The translations under genes were made by a program, and so were the position numbers. Source: Patescibacteria group bacterium (lineage in GTDB: Bacteria; Patescibacteriota; Minisyncoccia; Phycocordibacterales; SIBU01). From it: 64,000 bases of DNA. Positions 38,870 through 47,771 of this stretch are shown here, piece by piece. The DNA lies in contig JAZJZC010000001.1 in NCBI GenBank assembly GCA_040390045.1, positions 254,318 through 318,317 on the forward strand, given 5' to 3'. The notes under the pieces were generated by a model. That model was not told the origin of the DNA. It did not search any database and was given only the letters and a program-made list of their open reading frames with translations. Positions within the stretch are counted from its first letter, which is position 1, and the number at the start of each line of letters is the position of its first letter.

Positions 38870-39523
38870 TCAAACGACAGGTTCAAGAACGATCGCCTCG
38901 CGGAAGCCGACGCGAGGGTTGTCATCGGCAGCGTCACCCAATTTGATGTTCACCGCAAGGCCCAAATGATTTTCATACAAGGCGTGAACCACCGGGCCAC
39001 TCACTGGCAACAAATTTTTTGGAAACACCGTTGTAGTTTCTTGATCAAAAACCTCGGCCGTTACCCAATTCAAAAAGCAGCAGCCAATAACATATGCGCT
39101 GAGAGGAAGCGGCACGGTCTGCCGACCAGCAAGCCAGTGTAAGGCATACTTGGCGGGTAATCCCATTGTTCCCGCAGTTGGACATAGATCCCGTTGCACA
39201 ATGTAAAGTTTCGACCCGTTAGGTCTATCGTTCTCTCCGATATGTTCTTGAGCTTCATCGGAAACTCGAATATTGACCCCGGGAAAGTATCTCGCCTTTT
39301 CTAGGGTTTCCCAAACAGTAAGCCCCGGATCGTAGATGACCAAAACCTCCTTCCATGGAAGCCGCGCGGGAAGTTTGAATTTTTTCTGTACATCAAGTTG
39401 CGGTCCAAAATACTTGAGATCAACCCGCGCCATATGTGAAAACCACTTATGGCAATCCGTATCCTCAATCGCAAAGCCGGTAGGAACAACCGGCGCTGCC
39501 TGAACTCTTGTTTGTTCTGACAT
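38870..39523 (-). CDS. Hypothetical protein, CLec/DGR-target-like C-terminus (orphan cassette)
   Basis: C-terminus ...DAADDNPRVGFREAI; terminator at 38826-38857. Confidence 0.6.
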   Translation of the reverse strand: MSEQTRVQAAPVVPTGFAIEDTDCHKWFSHMARVDLKYFGPQLDVQKKFKLPARLPWKEVLVIYDPGLTVWETLEKARYFPGVNIRVSDEAQEHIGENDRPNGSKLYIVQRDLCPTAGTMGLPAKYALHWLAGRQTVPLPLSAYVIGCCFLNWVTAEVFDQETTTVFPKNLLPVSGPVVHALYENHLGLAVNIKLGDAADDNPRVGFREAIVLEPVV

Positions 39524-39669
39524 ATTTGAAGTACCTTTCACTGCTTTTTCTCTCCGATTTCTAACACATTTTTAGAAAAACACAAGGGGTCGTAATAATT
39601 TTCAGCCGGTGCTACAATGCTTTTTGCAGCCATTCTGCTGCAATTAACGCGTTCGGATGAAATTACTTT

Positions 39670-40731
39670 ATGGCAACATTTAACAAAAAAACTCTTCTCA
39701 TCTGTGGTGGTGCGGGCTTCATCGGCTCAAATTTCATCCACCACATTCTGAGCAACTACCCGACCGTTCGGCTCATCAATTTAGACAAGCTCACCTATTC
39801 CGGAAATCTCGACAACCTCGCCGACATTTCGAAAGACAAACGCTACACTTTTATCAAAGGCGACGTGGCTTCTGAAAAAACCATCAAAGCCATTTTCAAA
39901 AAATATTCTCCCGACTACATCATCAACTTCGCTGCGGAAACTCACGTCGATCGAAGCATTCACGTCGGTGCACTCGAATTTATCAAAACCAACATTCAAG
40001 GAGTGTTCAATATTTTGGAAGCTGTAAAGGAAAATAAAAATGTAACAAAATATCTCCAGGTTTCGACAGACGAAGTCTACGGTACGCTCGAGCTCGACTC
40101 AAAAAATAAATTTACCGAAACCACTGCCTTTGATCCCAACGTTCCCTACGCTGCGACTAAAGCCGGAGGCGATCTTTTATGCAATGCCTATCACACCACC
40201 TGGCATGTGCCGGTTGTCGTCACCCACTGCTCCAACAACTATGGCCCGTATCAATATCCAGAAAAATTAATTCCTTTTTTCACCGTACGAATGCTCGAGG
40301 GTAAAAAATTACCACTCTACGGCGATGGCAAAAATGTCCGCGATTGGATTTATGTACTCGATCATTGCCGCGCGCTTGAGCTTGCACTGCTTAATGGTGT
40401 GGCAGGTGAAGTCTATAACATCGGTGCTGATAATGAGTTATCTAATGTAGAAATTGCCACAATGATCGCTAAACAATTTGGCAAGACTACTGACGTGTTT
40501 GAATTTGTACCCGATCGGCCAGGACATGACAGACGCTACGCCATCGACTCGGCAAAAATTGAAAAGGAACTTGGTTGGAAGCCGACCTACTCTTTCGAGC
40601 GGGCATTTAAAGAAACAGTTGATTGGTACAAGAATCATTTACCGTGGATTAAAAAAATTCAAAAGAAAACTGGAGTTTTCAATCCGCACATTGATTTGTG
40701 GAAGAAACATGCAATTGGAAATAAAAAATAA
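39670..40731 (+). CDS. rmlB: dTDP-glucose 4,6-dehydratase
   Basis: GGAGFIGSNF, DKLTYSGN, AAETHVDRSI, STDEVYG, CSNNYGPYQYPEKLIP, DRPGHDRRY. Confidence 0.97.
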   Translation: MATFNKKTLLICGGAGFIGSNFIHHILSNYPTVRLINLDKLTYSGNLDNLADISKDKRYTFIKGDVASEKTIKAIFKKYSPDYIINFAAETHVDRSIHVGALEFIKTNIQGVFNILEAVKENKNVTKYLQVSTDEVYGTLELDSKNKFTETTAFDPNVPYAATKAGGDLLCNAYHTTWHVPVVVTHCSNNYGPYQYPEKLIPFFTVRMLEGKKLPLYGDGKNVRDWIYVLDHCRALELALLNGVAGEVYNIGADNELSNVEIATMIAKQFGKTTDVFEFVPDRPGHDRRYAIDSAKIEKELGWKPTYSFERAFKETVDWYKNHLPWIKKIQKKTGVFNPHIDLWKKHAIGNKK

Positions 40732-40735
40732 AAAA

Positions 40736-41470
40736 ATGACAAACAACACAAACATCAAGGGCGTAATTTTGGCAGGAGGTTTGGGAACAAGACTCTATCC
40801 GCTGACTAAAATTACCAACAAGCACCTCTTGCCAATCTACGACAAGCCGATGATTCTCTATGGGATTGAAACTTTAAAAAACTCTGACATAGAAGAAGTG
40901 ATGATTGTTTGTGGGCGCGAACATGCCGGACACTTTATGAATTTTCTCGGCTCAGGAAAAGAGTTCGGCGTTAAACTTTCCTACGCCATTCAAGATAAAA
41001 ACAACGGTGGTATTTCCGATGCCCTTATGTGCGCAGAGGATTTTGCTGACGGCGCAAGTGTGGCTGTGATTTTGGGTGATAATATTTTTGAAAATAATTT
41101 TTCTAAAGAAATCACCAACTTTAAAAGTGGCGCCATGGTTTTCCTCAAAAAAGTGGCTGACCCGCACCGATTCGGCGTAGCGGTATTTGATACAACCGGC
41201 AAAAAACTTTTGACCATCGAAGAAAAACCTAAAAACCCAAAATCTGATTTCGCCCAGACCGGTTTCTATATTTATGATGCCAATATTTTTTCCAACATTA
41301 AAAAAATTAAACCTTCGGCTCGTGGAGAACTGGAAATTACTGACGCCAACAATATGTATCTCGAACACGGTGAGCTTAATTTTGCGATTGTAAAAGGTTA
41401 CTGGCTCGACGCCGGAACATTTGATTCCCTACTTGAAGCCAGCACTGTAATCGCCTCGAAAAAGAAATAG
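40736..41470 (+). CDS. rmlA: Glucose-1-phosphate thymidylyltransferase
   Basis: GVILAGGLGTRLYPLT, KHLLPIYDKPMI, LGDNIF, EEKP, PSARGELEITD. Confidence 0.93.
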   Translation: MTNNTNIKGVILAGGLGTRLYPLTKITNKHLLPIYDKPMILYGIETLKNSDIEEVMIVCGREHAGHFMNFLGSGKEFGVKLSYAIQDKNNGGISDALMCAEDFADGASVAVILGDNIFENNFSKEITNFKSGAMVFLKKVADPHRFGVAVFDTTGKKLLTIEEKPKNPKSDFAQTGFYIYDANIFSNIKKIKPSARGELEITDANNMYLEHGELNFAIVKGYWLDAGTFDSLLEASTVIASKKK

Positions 41471-41471
41471 C

Positions 41472-42308
41472 ATGAAAACGCTACCGAAAATTTTAATCAC
41501 CGGAAGTAACGGCATGGTTGGTTCATACATCGATTTTGGAATTAAAACTGATCGAGACACACTTGACGTTACCAATCTTGAAGCGGTGATGAGCGCGGTA
41601 CGGAAACACCAACCAAAAGTAATTTTGCATCTCGCCGCACTCACCGATCTCGACGTTGCGGAAAAAAATCCCACACTCGCCTATCACATAAACACTATCG
41701 GCACGTACAACATCGCGCTGGCCGCGCGCGAAGTAAAAGCTAAATTAGTGTACATTTCTTCAACTGGTGTTTTTGATGGAACCAAAAAAACTCCCTACAC
41801 TGAGAAGGACGTGCCAAATCCAAAAAATTATTACGGCCATTCAAAATTCGCAGGAGAATTGATTATTCAAAGCCTGCTGAAAGATTACATTATCGCTCGT
41901 GGCTGTTGGATGTTTGGCGGCGGACCAACGCTTGATAAAAAATTTATTTCCAAAATTGTAGCACAGCTAAAAAATCCTGAGACCAAAGAAATAAAAGCGC
42001 TAAATGATGTGCACGGATCCCCCACCTTCGGCAAAGATATTGTTGAAGCTTTGAAAAAATTGATTTTAAAAGATGCTACAGGAATTTTTCACCTGACAAA
42101 TGCTGGCAACTGTTCCAGATTCGATGTGGCCAAAATTATCGTGAAAGTCTTAAAACCATCCGTCAAAGTGATCGGAGTCACAGGAGACTATTTCAATCTT
42201 CCCGCCAAACGTGTCACCAATGAATCTGCGACCTCTCGAGTAAGCCTCTTACGCCCATGGCAAGAAGCTCTCGAAGAATATTTAAAAAGTGAGTGGAGTC
42301 CTCTGTAA
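41472..42308 (+). CDS. rmlD: dTDP-4-dehydrorhamnose reductase family
   Basis: TGSNGMVG, HLAALTD.D.AE, VFDG, YGHSK.AGE, GSPT. Confidence 0.88.
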   Translation: MKTLPKILITGSNGMVGSYIDFGIKTDRDTLDVTNLEAVMSAVRKHQPKVILHLAALTDLDVAEKNPTLAYHINTIGTYNIALAAREVKAKLVYISSTGVFDGTKKTPYTEKDVPNPKNYYGHSKFAGELIIQSLLKDYIIARGCWMFGGGPTLDKKFISKIVAQLKNPETKEIKALNDVHGSPTFGKDIVEALKKLILKDATGIFHLTNAGNCSRFDVAKIIVKVLKPSVKVIGVTGDYFNLPAKRVTNESATSRVSLLRPWQEALEEYLKSEWSPL

Positions 42309-42310
42309 CC

Positions 42311-43540
42311 ATGGCTCACGTTATTACAAAAAAAATCTGCCGAATTTGTGGTGGGAGTAAACTAACCAGAGTCCTCGACCTCGGCGCGATGCCTCCGGCC
42401 AACGCTTTTCTTACTAAAAGCCAACTGCGAAAAAAGCAGGATAACTTCCCTTTAGCCATTTATTTTTGCCAAGACTGCACTCTCCTGCAACTGATTGATG
42501 TTGTTGATCCCGAAATTCTTTTTAAAGATTATCTGTACCAAACAAGCGCCAGCTCGCCACTGCTCATACATTTTAAAAAATTGGCACAAGAAATTCTGGA
42601 AAAACACATTGCTTCCAAAAATGATTTAGTGGTTGAAATCGGTAGCAACGATGGGAGTTTGTTAGAACATTTTAAAAATCGAGCACGAATTCTTGGCGTT
42701 GATCCTGCAGAAACGATGGTTACAATTGCCGGAGCAAAAGGCGTTCCAACACTCAGTGCTTTTTTTAACGAAGAAACCGCAAGAAAAATTATCGATTCTC
42801 ACGGCCACGCCAAAATTATTCTGGCCAACAATGTGCTCGCTCATATTGATGACTTGCACAGTGTTTTTGCGGGAATCGAAACCCTTCTCGACGCAGACGG
42901 AAAATTTATTTTCGAGGCTCACTGGGTTGGCAACCTCCTTGGAAAGGGCGGGTTTGATCAGATTTATCATGAACATCTTTGTTACTTTTCACTCCACGCC
43001 GTCAATCATCTTGCCAAAAAATTTGGCTTGAAAGTGCTTGATGTTGTTCTAGTTCCAATTCACGGCGAATCCCTGCGCGTCACTTTGGGAAAAGTTGGAA
43101 CTCCAAATGCTCGCGTTTCAGCCTTCATGAAAAAAGAAAAGAAGCTTGGCCTTGAAAAATTCGCGACGTACCAAAAATTTTCCCAAAAAGTGGCGAAAAA
43201 TAAAATAAAACTTTTGGCACTTCTAAAAAAATTAAAACAGGAGGACAAAAAAATTCTCGGCTACGGCGCGCCAGCTAAGGGCAACACCCTTTTAAATTTT
43301 CTTAAACTTGATCAAAACACCTTAGATTTTATTACCGACACGACGGCATCCAAACAAGGCTTGTACGCGCCCGGCACGCGAATTCCTATCATCGCTCCGG
43401 AAAATCTTACGAGCGCCAAACCAGATTATATTCTCTTACTTGCGTGGAACTACGCAGATGAAATTCTCAAAAAAGAAACGGCGCTCAGAAAATCTGGCGT
43501 GAAATTTATTATTCCTGTACCAGAAGTAAAAGTTGTTTGA
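42311..43540 (+). CDS. NDP-sugar C3-methyltransferase
   Basis: CRIC..CQDC, EIGSNDG, NNVLAH, FDQIYHEHLCY, GYGAPAKGNTLLN. Confidence 0.93.
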   Translation: MAHVITKKICRICGGSKLTRVLDLGAMPPANAFLTKSQLRKKQDNFPLAIYFCQDCTLLQLIDVVDPEILFKDYLYQTSASSPLLIHFKKLAQEILEKHIASKNDLVVEIGSNDGSLLEHFKNRARILGVDPAETMVTIAGAKGVPTLSAFFNEETARKIIDSHGHAKIILANNVLAHIDDLHSVFAGIETLLDADGKFIFEAHWVGNLLGKGGFDQIYHEHLCYFSLHAVNHLAKKFGLKVLDVVLVPIHGESLRVTLGKVGTPNARVSAFMKKEKKLGLEKFATYQKFSQKVAKNKIKLLALLKKLKQEDKKILGYGAPAKGNTLLNFLKLDQNTLDFITDTTASKQGLYAPGTRIPIIAPENLTSAKPDYILLLAWNYADEILKKETALRKSGVKFIIPVPEVKVV

Positions 43541-43543
43541 ATT

Positions 43544-44350
43544 TTATTTTCTCGGCAAACTCCAAAAACGCCGGCAGATATTGAGATGATAGACGTGCCT
43601 CTCCCACTCAAGTCGCCAGGGCAACCGAGTCCCTCGACAAAAAATTAAATTTCGAATATATCGAAAAAAGTAGAGCGCTGAAATTTTTGCATTTTCTAAA
43701 CACACGAGAAGCCAACCCCACAAAGAAATTTGTCCGCGACGAGTGGCCTCGAGTTCAATATAGTGATTCCATTTTTGTCGATGGAACATCGGGTCAGGAT
43801 TCATTGGCACAAGCATGTAATTTTCTAACTTCAGAACCGGCGAGCCGGATTTTACCTCAATGCGTTCGTGAATTGATTTAATGAAATGAGTAACCGCGCC
43901 TTTGTGAAAAAATCGCATTTGTTGAGTTGGGTACGTGGCGGCGCAATCAACAACCTCTCCCTGTAAAACATATTTTCGTGGAACCCAAAACGCGGCTGAT
44001 GGATGCCCCGTCGAAATAATAGTATTGATTTCAGTTTCCAATTTCGGCGTCATCAGCTCATCAGAGTCCAAGAAAAAAAACCACGAGTGACTGGCCGCCT
44101 CAAGCATTTGATTGCGGACACCAGAAAAATCTATAATTTTATTATTCGCATCCTTAAACTCTGATGCTTGAATGAGCACCTTCACGCCGTAGGCTCGAGC
44201 TAAAGACAGTGTTTCATCGGTTGAGCCGCCGTCACAAATAATTATTTCAGAAAAATTGGCAACCGAATCAAGCGCCTTCTGTAAACTTTCTCCGGAATTA
44301 AAGGTGAGAATTCCTACACTACACTGAATTTTGTTTCCGGTTTTATTCAT
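43544..44350 (-). CDS. GT2 glycosyltransferase (WaaE/SpsA-like)
   Basis: CDGGSTD.T, DFS..RN, FLDSDE, IHE. Confidence 0.9.
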   Translation of the reverse strand: MNKTGNKIQCSVGILTFNSGESLQKALDSVANFSEIIICDGGSTDETLSLARAYGVKVLIQASEFKDANNKIIDFSGVRNQMLEAASHSWFFFLDSDELMTPKLETEINTIISTGHPSAAFWVPRKYVLQGEVVDCAATYPTQQMRFFHKGAVTHFIKSIHERIEVKSGSPVLKLENYMLVPMNPDPMFHRQKWNHYIELEATRRGQISLWGWLLVCLENAKISALYFFRYIRNLIFCRGTRLPWRLEWERHVYHLNICRRFWSLPRK

Positions 44351-45446
44351 GCTTTTTAAATGACTCAATGTTGGAAATTATTTTAGAAACAAACGATTTT
44401 AAACTGTGATCTCTCTCAACAATCGCCCGCAATTTCAGACCAAGAGAAAATCGCTCTTCCGAACTCATTTTGGCTATACCCAGGATTTTGTCAGATAAAG
44501 CCTTAAAATCAGCCTTTGGATACATTAAATCGCCTACAAATGGCCCTAAAACGTCCTTAAATGCCTCATTACAGGTCAAAATGGGCAATCCCACAGCCAT
44601 AGCCTCCGGGACGACTTTATCGAGGCTGCCGGTATGTCCCATGTTAACGAAAAGATCATACTCGGAAAGCTTATATGGAAGGTCCACATTAGCAACTGCA
44701 CCCTTAAAATTGATGACGCCCGACAAATCCTTTTTAGCAACTTTTTCCTTTAGACGAGCTAAATATGCCTCGTCCAAAAAGGTTAATCTCGGTCCTATGA
44801 TGTCAACCGTAATTGGCGTAGAAATTTCTTGACGGACCTTTTCAATCGCCTCAATCAACGTATCGTAATCTTTCGATGGTGTGATTCTTCCTACTGTTAC
44901 AATCCGAAGTTCCTTTTGGTTTGTGTTCTGTGGTCTGTGTTCCGTGTTAAATTTCCCCGTGTCGATTCCCTGTCCGATCACCTTTACTTTTTTGCTTTTT
45001 AATCTGAACCCGCTCGTAGTCGATGTAAAAACAATATCCGTAAAAAACAAAGCCACTTTCAAATGCCAGGGCGTGCTTTTATGGGCGTACCAAAGCGTCA
45101 CAGTTTTACCAAAAAGTTTCCAAAAAATTCCTCCGAGAACAATGTATTCTGGATTCATGTGGACGAACACTGCGTCGTATTCATTTCTATTTTGTACGAT
45201 ATATCGTACAAAGCGCCACGAATACAGAAGTCGAGAAAAAGTTTTTAGTTTGTAGTTTGTAATTTTTAGCTTTTCTTTTCCCAAAGAAAAAACCTTTACA
45301 TTGTTCGGCAAATTAACTTCGCCTTTTTCAAGACAAATCGCCACCACGCTTTCTGCCTGTTTAGAAAACTCCGCAATCCAACCATGCATAAACCCGAGCA
45401 CCGCGTCTCGCTCATCAATTTTTTGGGTAACAATTAAAATCCGCAT
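44343..45446 (-). CDS. GT4 glycosyltransferase carrying two in-frame heptamer arrays
   Basis: GQGID, VGRITPSK, TGSLDKVVPEAMA.G. Confidence 0.92.
   Translation of the reverse strand: MRILIVTQKIDERDAVLGFMHGWIAEFSKQAESVVAICLEKGEVNLPNNVKVFSLGKEKLKITNYKLKTFSRLLYSWRFVRYIVQNRNEYDAVFVHMNPEYIVLGGIFWKLFGKTVTLWYAHKSTPWHLKVALFFTDIVFTSTTSGFRLKSKKVKVIGQGIDTGKFNTEHRPQNTNQKELRIVTVGRITPSKDYDTLIEAIEKVRQEISTPITVDIIGPRLTFLDEAYLARLKEKVAKKDLSGVINFKGAVANVDLPYKLSEYDLFVNMGHTGSLDKVVPEAMAVGLPILTCNEAFKDVLGPFVGDLMYPKADFKALSDKILGIAKMSSEERFSLGLKLRAIVERDHSLKSFVSKIISNIESFKKHE
44913..44947. repeat. 7-bp tandem array, (tcYgtgK)n family
   Basis: cttttgg tttgtgt tctgtgg tctgtgt tccgtgt; encodes NTEHRPQNTNQK. Confidence 0.75.
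45242..45269. repeat. 7-bp tandem array (tttKtaR)4
   Basis: tttttag tttgtag tttgtaa tttttag; encodes LKITNYKLK. Confidence 0.75.
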
Positions 45447-45565
45447 ACTTCATTGTAACTTAGAAACCTCGTCGCGACTTACTTGCTAAAGTATATCATT
45501 CGTGTTATTGTTTTTTCAGTAAAAAAGGTTTGCGATCCAGCCAACCTGAAAGCGAAAGGGAGTTT

Positions 45566-46177
45566 GTGTTTGACACCTTATTGCAGTACCTCGTAAGCAA
45601 GTGGGGAGTCGAAAACGCGTTGCCTCCAGAGGCTCCGCCAATTGACTTCTTCATAGGAATTTCCTATGGCATGACCCGCACAAATCTTACAGTTGCCACC
45701 GAACGAATCACCCGTCTTACTGCGGAGATGGCGAGAGCGCAGCAAGCGCCAATTATCATTAGTTGCTGTGAATACTTATTTCGAGGCGCAGCATTTAGCG
45801 AGTGGCAACTGCGGCATCGAATTTTCGAAACCTTTCGTGTTCGATACTACCGAGCCGGTGACATGAATAATTCGATGCAGGAATCTCGGCAAATCCTCAA
45901 ATGCGTCTCCGAACATGGATTACCGACAAGACACATCGGCATCGTCACGGGAATTGGCCATTCTCGGTTCGTTAGTGAGCGGTACGGGAAACTTTTCCCG
46001 AACTCGAAAATCACGATTACCTGTGTTCCTTTCGACTCAGAATATCAACCGGATCACCCAGCCTGGATTCAGCGGGGACCGTGGAGGTGGCTCTTCGCTC
46101 ATGTTGCAAGGCAGATACTCTATCACGTGCGTGGCGAGAAAATGGCCGACATGCAACATTGGGTGCCAAAGGCATAA
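45566..46177 (+). CDS. DUF218/YdcF-like protein (orphan cassette)
   Basis: NNSMQES, IGIVT..GHSR; AAGGGAG before GTG; TTGCTA-17-TATTGT from 45483; terminator at 46184-46211. Confidence 0.6.
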   Translation: MFDTLLQYLVSKWGVENALPPEAPPIDFFIGISYGMTRTNLTVATERITRLTAEMARAQQAPIIISCCEYLFRGAAFSEWQLRHRIFETFRVRYYRAGDMNNSMQESRQILKCVSEHGLPTRHIGIVTGIGHSRFVSERYGKLFPNSKITITCVPFDSEYQPDHPAWIQRGPWRWLFAHVARQILYHVRGEKMADMQHWVPKA

Positions 46178-46211
46178 TTATCCAAACTGAACTCTCGCAG
46201 TTCAGTTTTTT

Positions 46212-47771
46212 CTATATTTTTTTCTTGGCAATAACGTATAAATGACACGCCACAGCATCCGCTCCGGGCATCCAAAAAAACAGAAAATCAAAAAATTTAA
46301 ACGGGCCCATGAAAAGCATTAAGAAGTGTGTAATAAATGGCGCGGCTTTTTTAGAACCAAAAGATAAAATGACACCGAACCAATAAGCTTTAAACATAAG
46401 GAGCGCGCTAAAAGGACCGGAACGAACTCCTGTTTCAACAATTTCCATTTCTTTAAATAAGTGCCTGAGACCACTTGTCGTCCAACGATTAAAATCATCT
46501 GGCGAGGCATGATACGGGTGAATAAACGGCGCGCTTATATACAAGTAGCCTCCGGGTTTTAAAATACGAATCATTTCCGAAGCTACGACGTTTGGATCTG
46601 CCACGTGTTCGAGCACAGATTCCGACACAAGCGCGGGAATAGAATTGTCAGCAAAAGGTAGCGCAGAAGCATCAGCCACAATATCAACTTCAGGAAATGG
46701 AAAAATATCGATGTTGATAAATTCCTTACCGATTCTTTCAGGACCAGACCCGACGTCGAGAGTCAGAGTATTCTCGGGCAAATATTTTCTAATTTTCCTC
46801 GGGCCATTGACCAACATCAACACCGGGCAGAAAAAATGCCAGATCGCATAATACAAAAGCGGCCACTGTTTGAAAAAAGATTTCAGCCAGTTGATGCCAC
46901 TTTCATGCTCTTCTTTAAATTGCTCACGAGAAGTTTCTGAGATTAAAAATGGCCGACCAGAATTATCTACCGGATATTTTTTACCGTTTTGAGCAACCAA
47001 AAAATTACCTTCTTTTTTTAACGGCTGATGATCAACCGGATCAACAATCAACCTGAGTGTGTCCTTCGCCTGTTTAGCAGCTTCTTTTTTTAAATGTCCC
47101 AAACGATCTTTAATAATTAAAAGTATCGCTTCGATGCCGTCGCGATAGCGAATCTTCTTCCCTTCCCCAACACTTCTCGGAGCGTGAGAGATTGGAACTT
47201 CAAGTACGCGGAAACCAGCGCGAAGCGTTTGCACAATAAACGCAATGTCCCCTTCAAATCTTTTACCAGAATAAAATTGCTTGGCTCGAGCGGGGAAAAT
47301 TTTGTAGCAGGTCCAAACGTCGGTAAATCCGGCTCCGTAAAGTACATTTATCAATTTAGTCGTCACCCAAGTTCCCAAACGTTGCACATAAAACCCACGA
47401 CGCTTCACGTTGTGCAAATTGCGCGAACCGTAAACAATTGTGTTGTCATCCGTCGCAAATTTTAAAAGCTCTGGAATTTCCGCTGGATTGTACTCGAGAT
47501 CGGCATCTTGAATGATTAAAAAATCTCCAGTAGCAAGCGCCAACCCATCCTGAACAGAAGTTCCTTTGCCTTTGTTTTGCGCGTGACGAAAAATTTTTAG
47601 TTCCGAGGCGTTGGCGGTGAGAATGTCTGAAGTCTTGTCCGTTGACGCATCATCCACCGCCACCACTTCGATTTCCCAATCTGGAATACGGACGTTGAAA
47701 ACCCGCTTCAAAAGTTCGGGTAAGGTTTTCTCTTCGTTATAGATCGGAATTATGATTGAAAGCTTACGCAT
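46212..47771 (-). CDS. GT2 (DPM1-like) + Trm112-like + class I methyltransferase fusion
   Basis: IIPIYNE, DDASTD, NKGKG, QDADLEY; IVDPVDHQPL...GKKYPV..GRP; LDVGSG, VLEHV, PYHASPDDF.RWT. Confidence 0.85.
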   Translation of the reverse strand: MRKLSIIIPIYNEEKTLPELLKRVFNVRIPDWEIEVVAVDDASTDKTSDILTANASELKIFRHAQNKGKGTSVQDGLALATGDFLIIQDADLEYNPAEIPELLKFATDDNTIVYGSRNLHNVKRRGFYVQRLGTWVTTKLINVLYGAGFTDVWTCYKIFPARAKQFYSGKRFEGDIAFIVQTLRAGFRVLEVPISHAPRSVGEGKKIRYRDGIEAILLIIKDRLGHLKKEAAKQAKDTLRLIVDPVDHQPLKKEGNFLVAQNGKKYPVDNSGRPFLISETSREQFKEEHESGINWLKSFFKQWPLLYYAIWHFFCPVLMLVNGPRKIRKYLPENTLTLDVGSGPERIGKEFINIDIFPFPEVDIVADASALPFADNSIPALVSESVLEHVADPNVVASEMIRILKPGGYLYISAPFIHPYHASPDDFNRWTTSGLRHLFKEMEIVETGVRSGPFSALLMFKAYWFGVILSFGSKKAAPFITHFLMLFMGPFKFFDFLFFWMPGADAVACHLYVIAKKKI

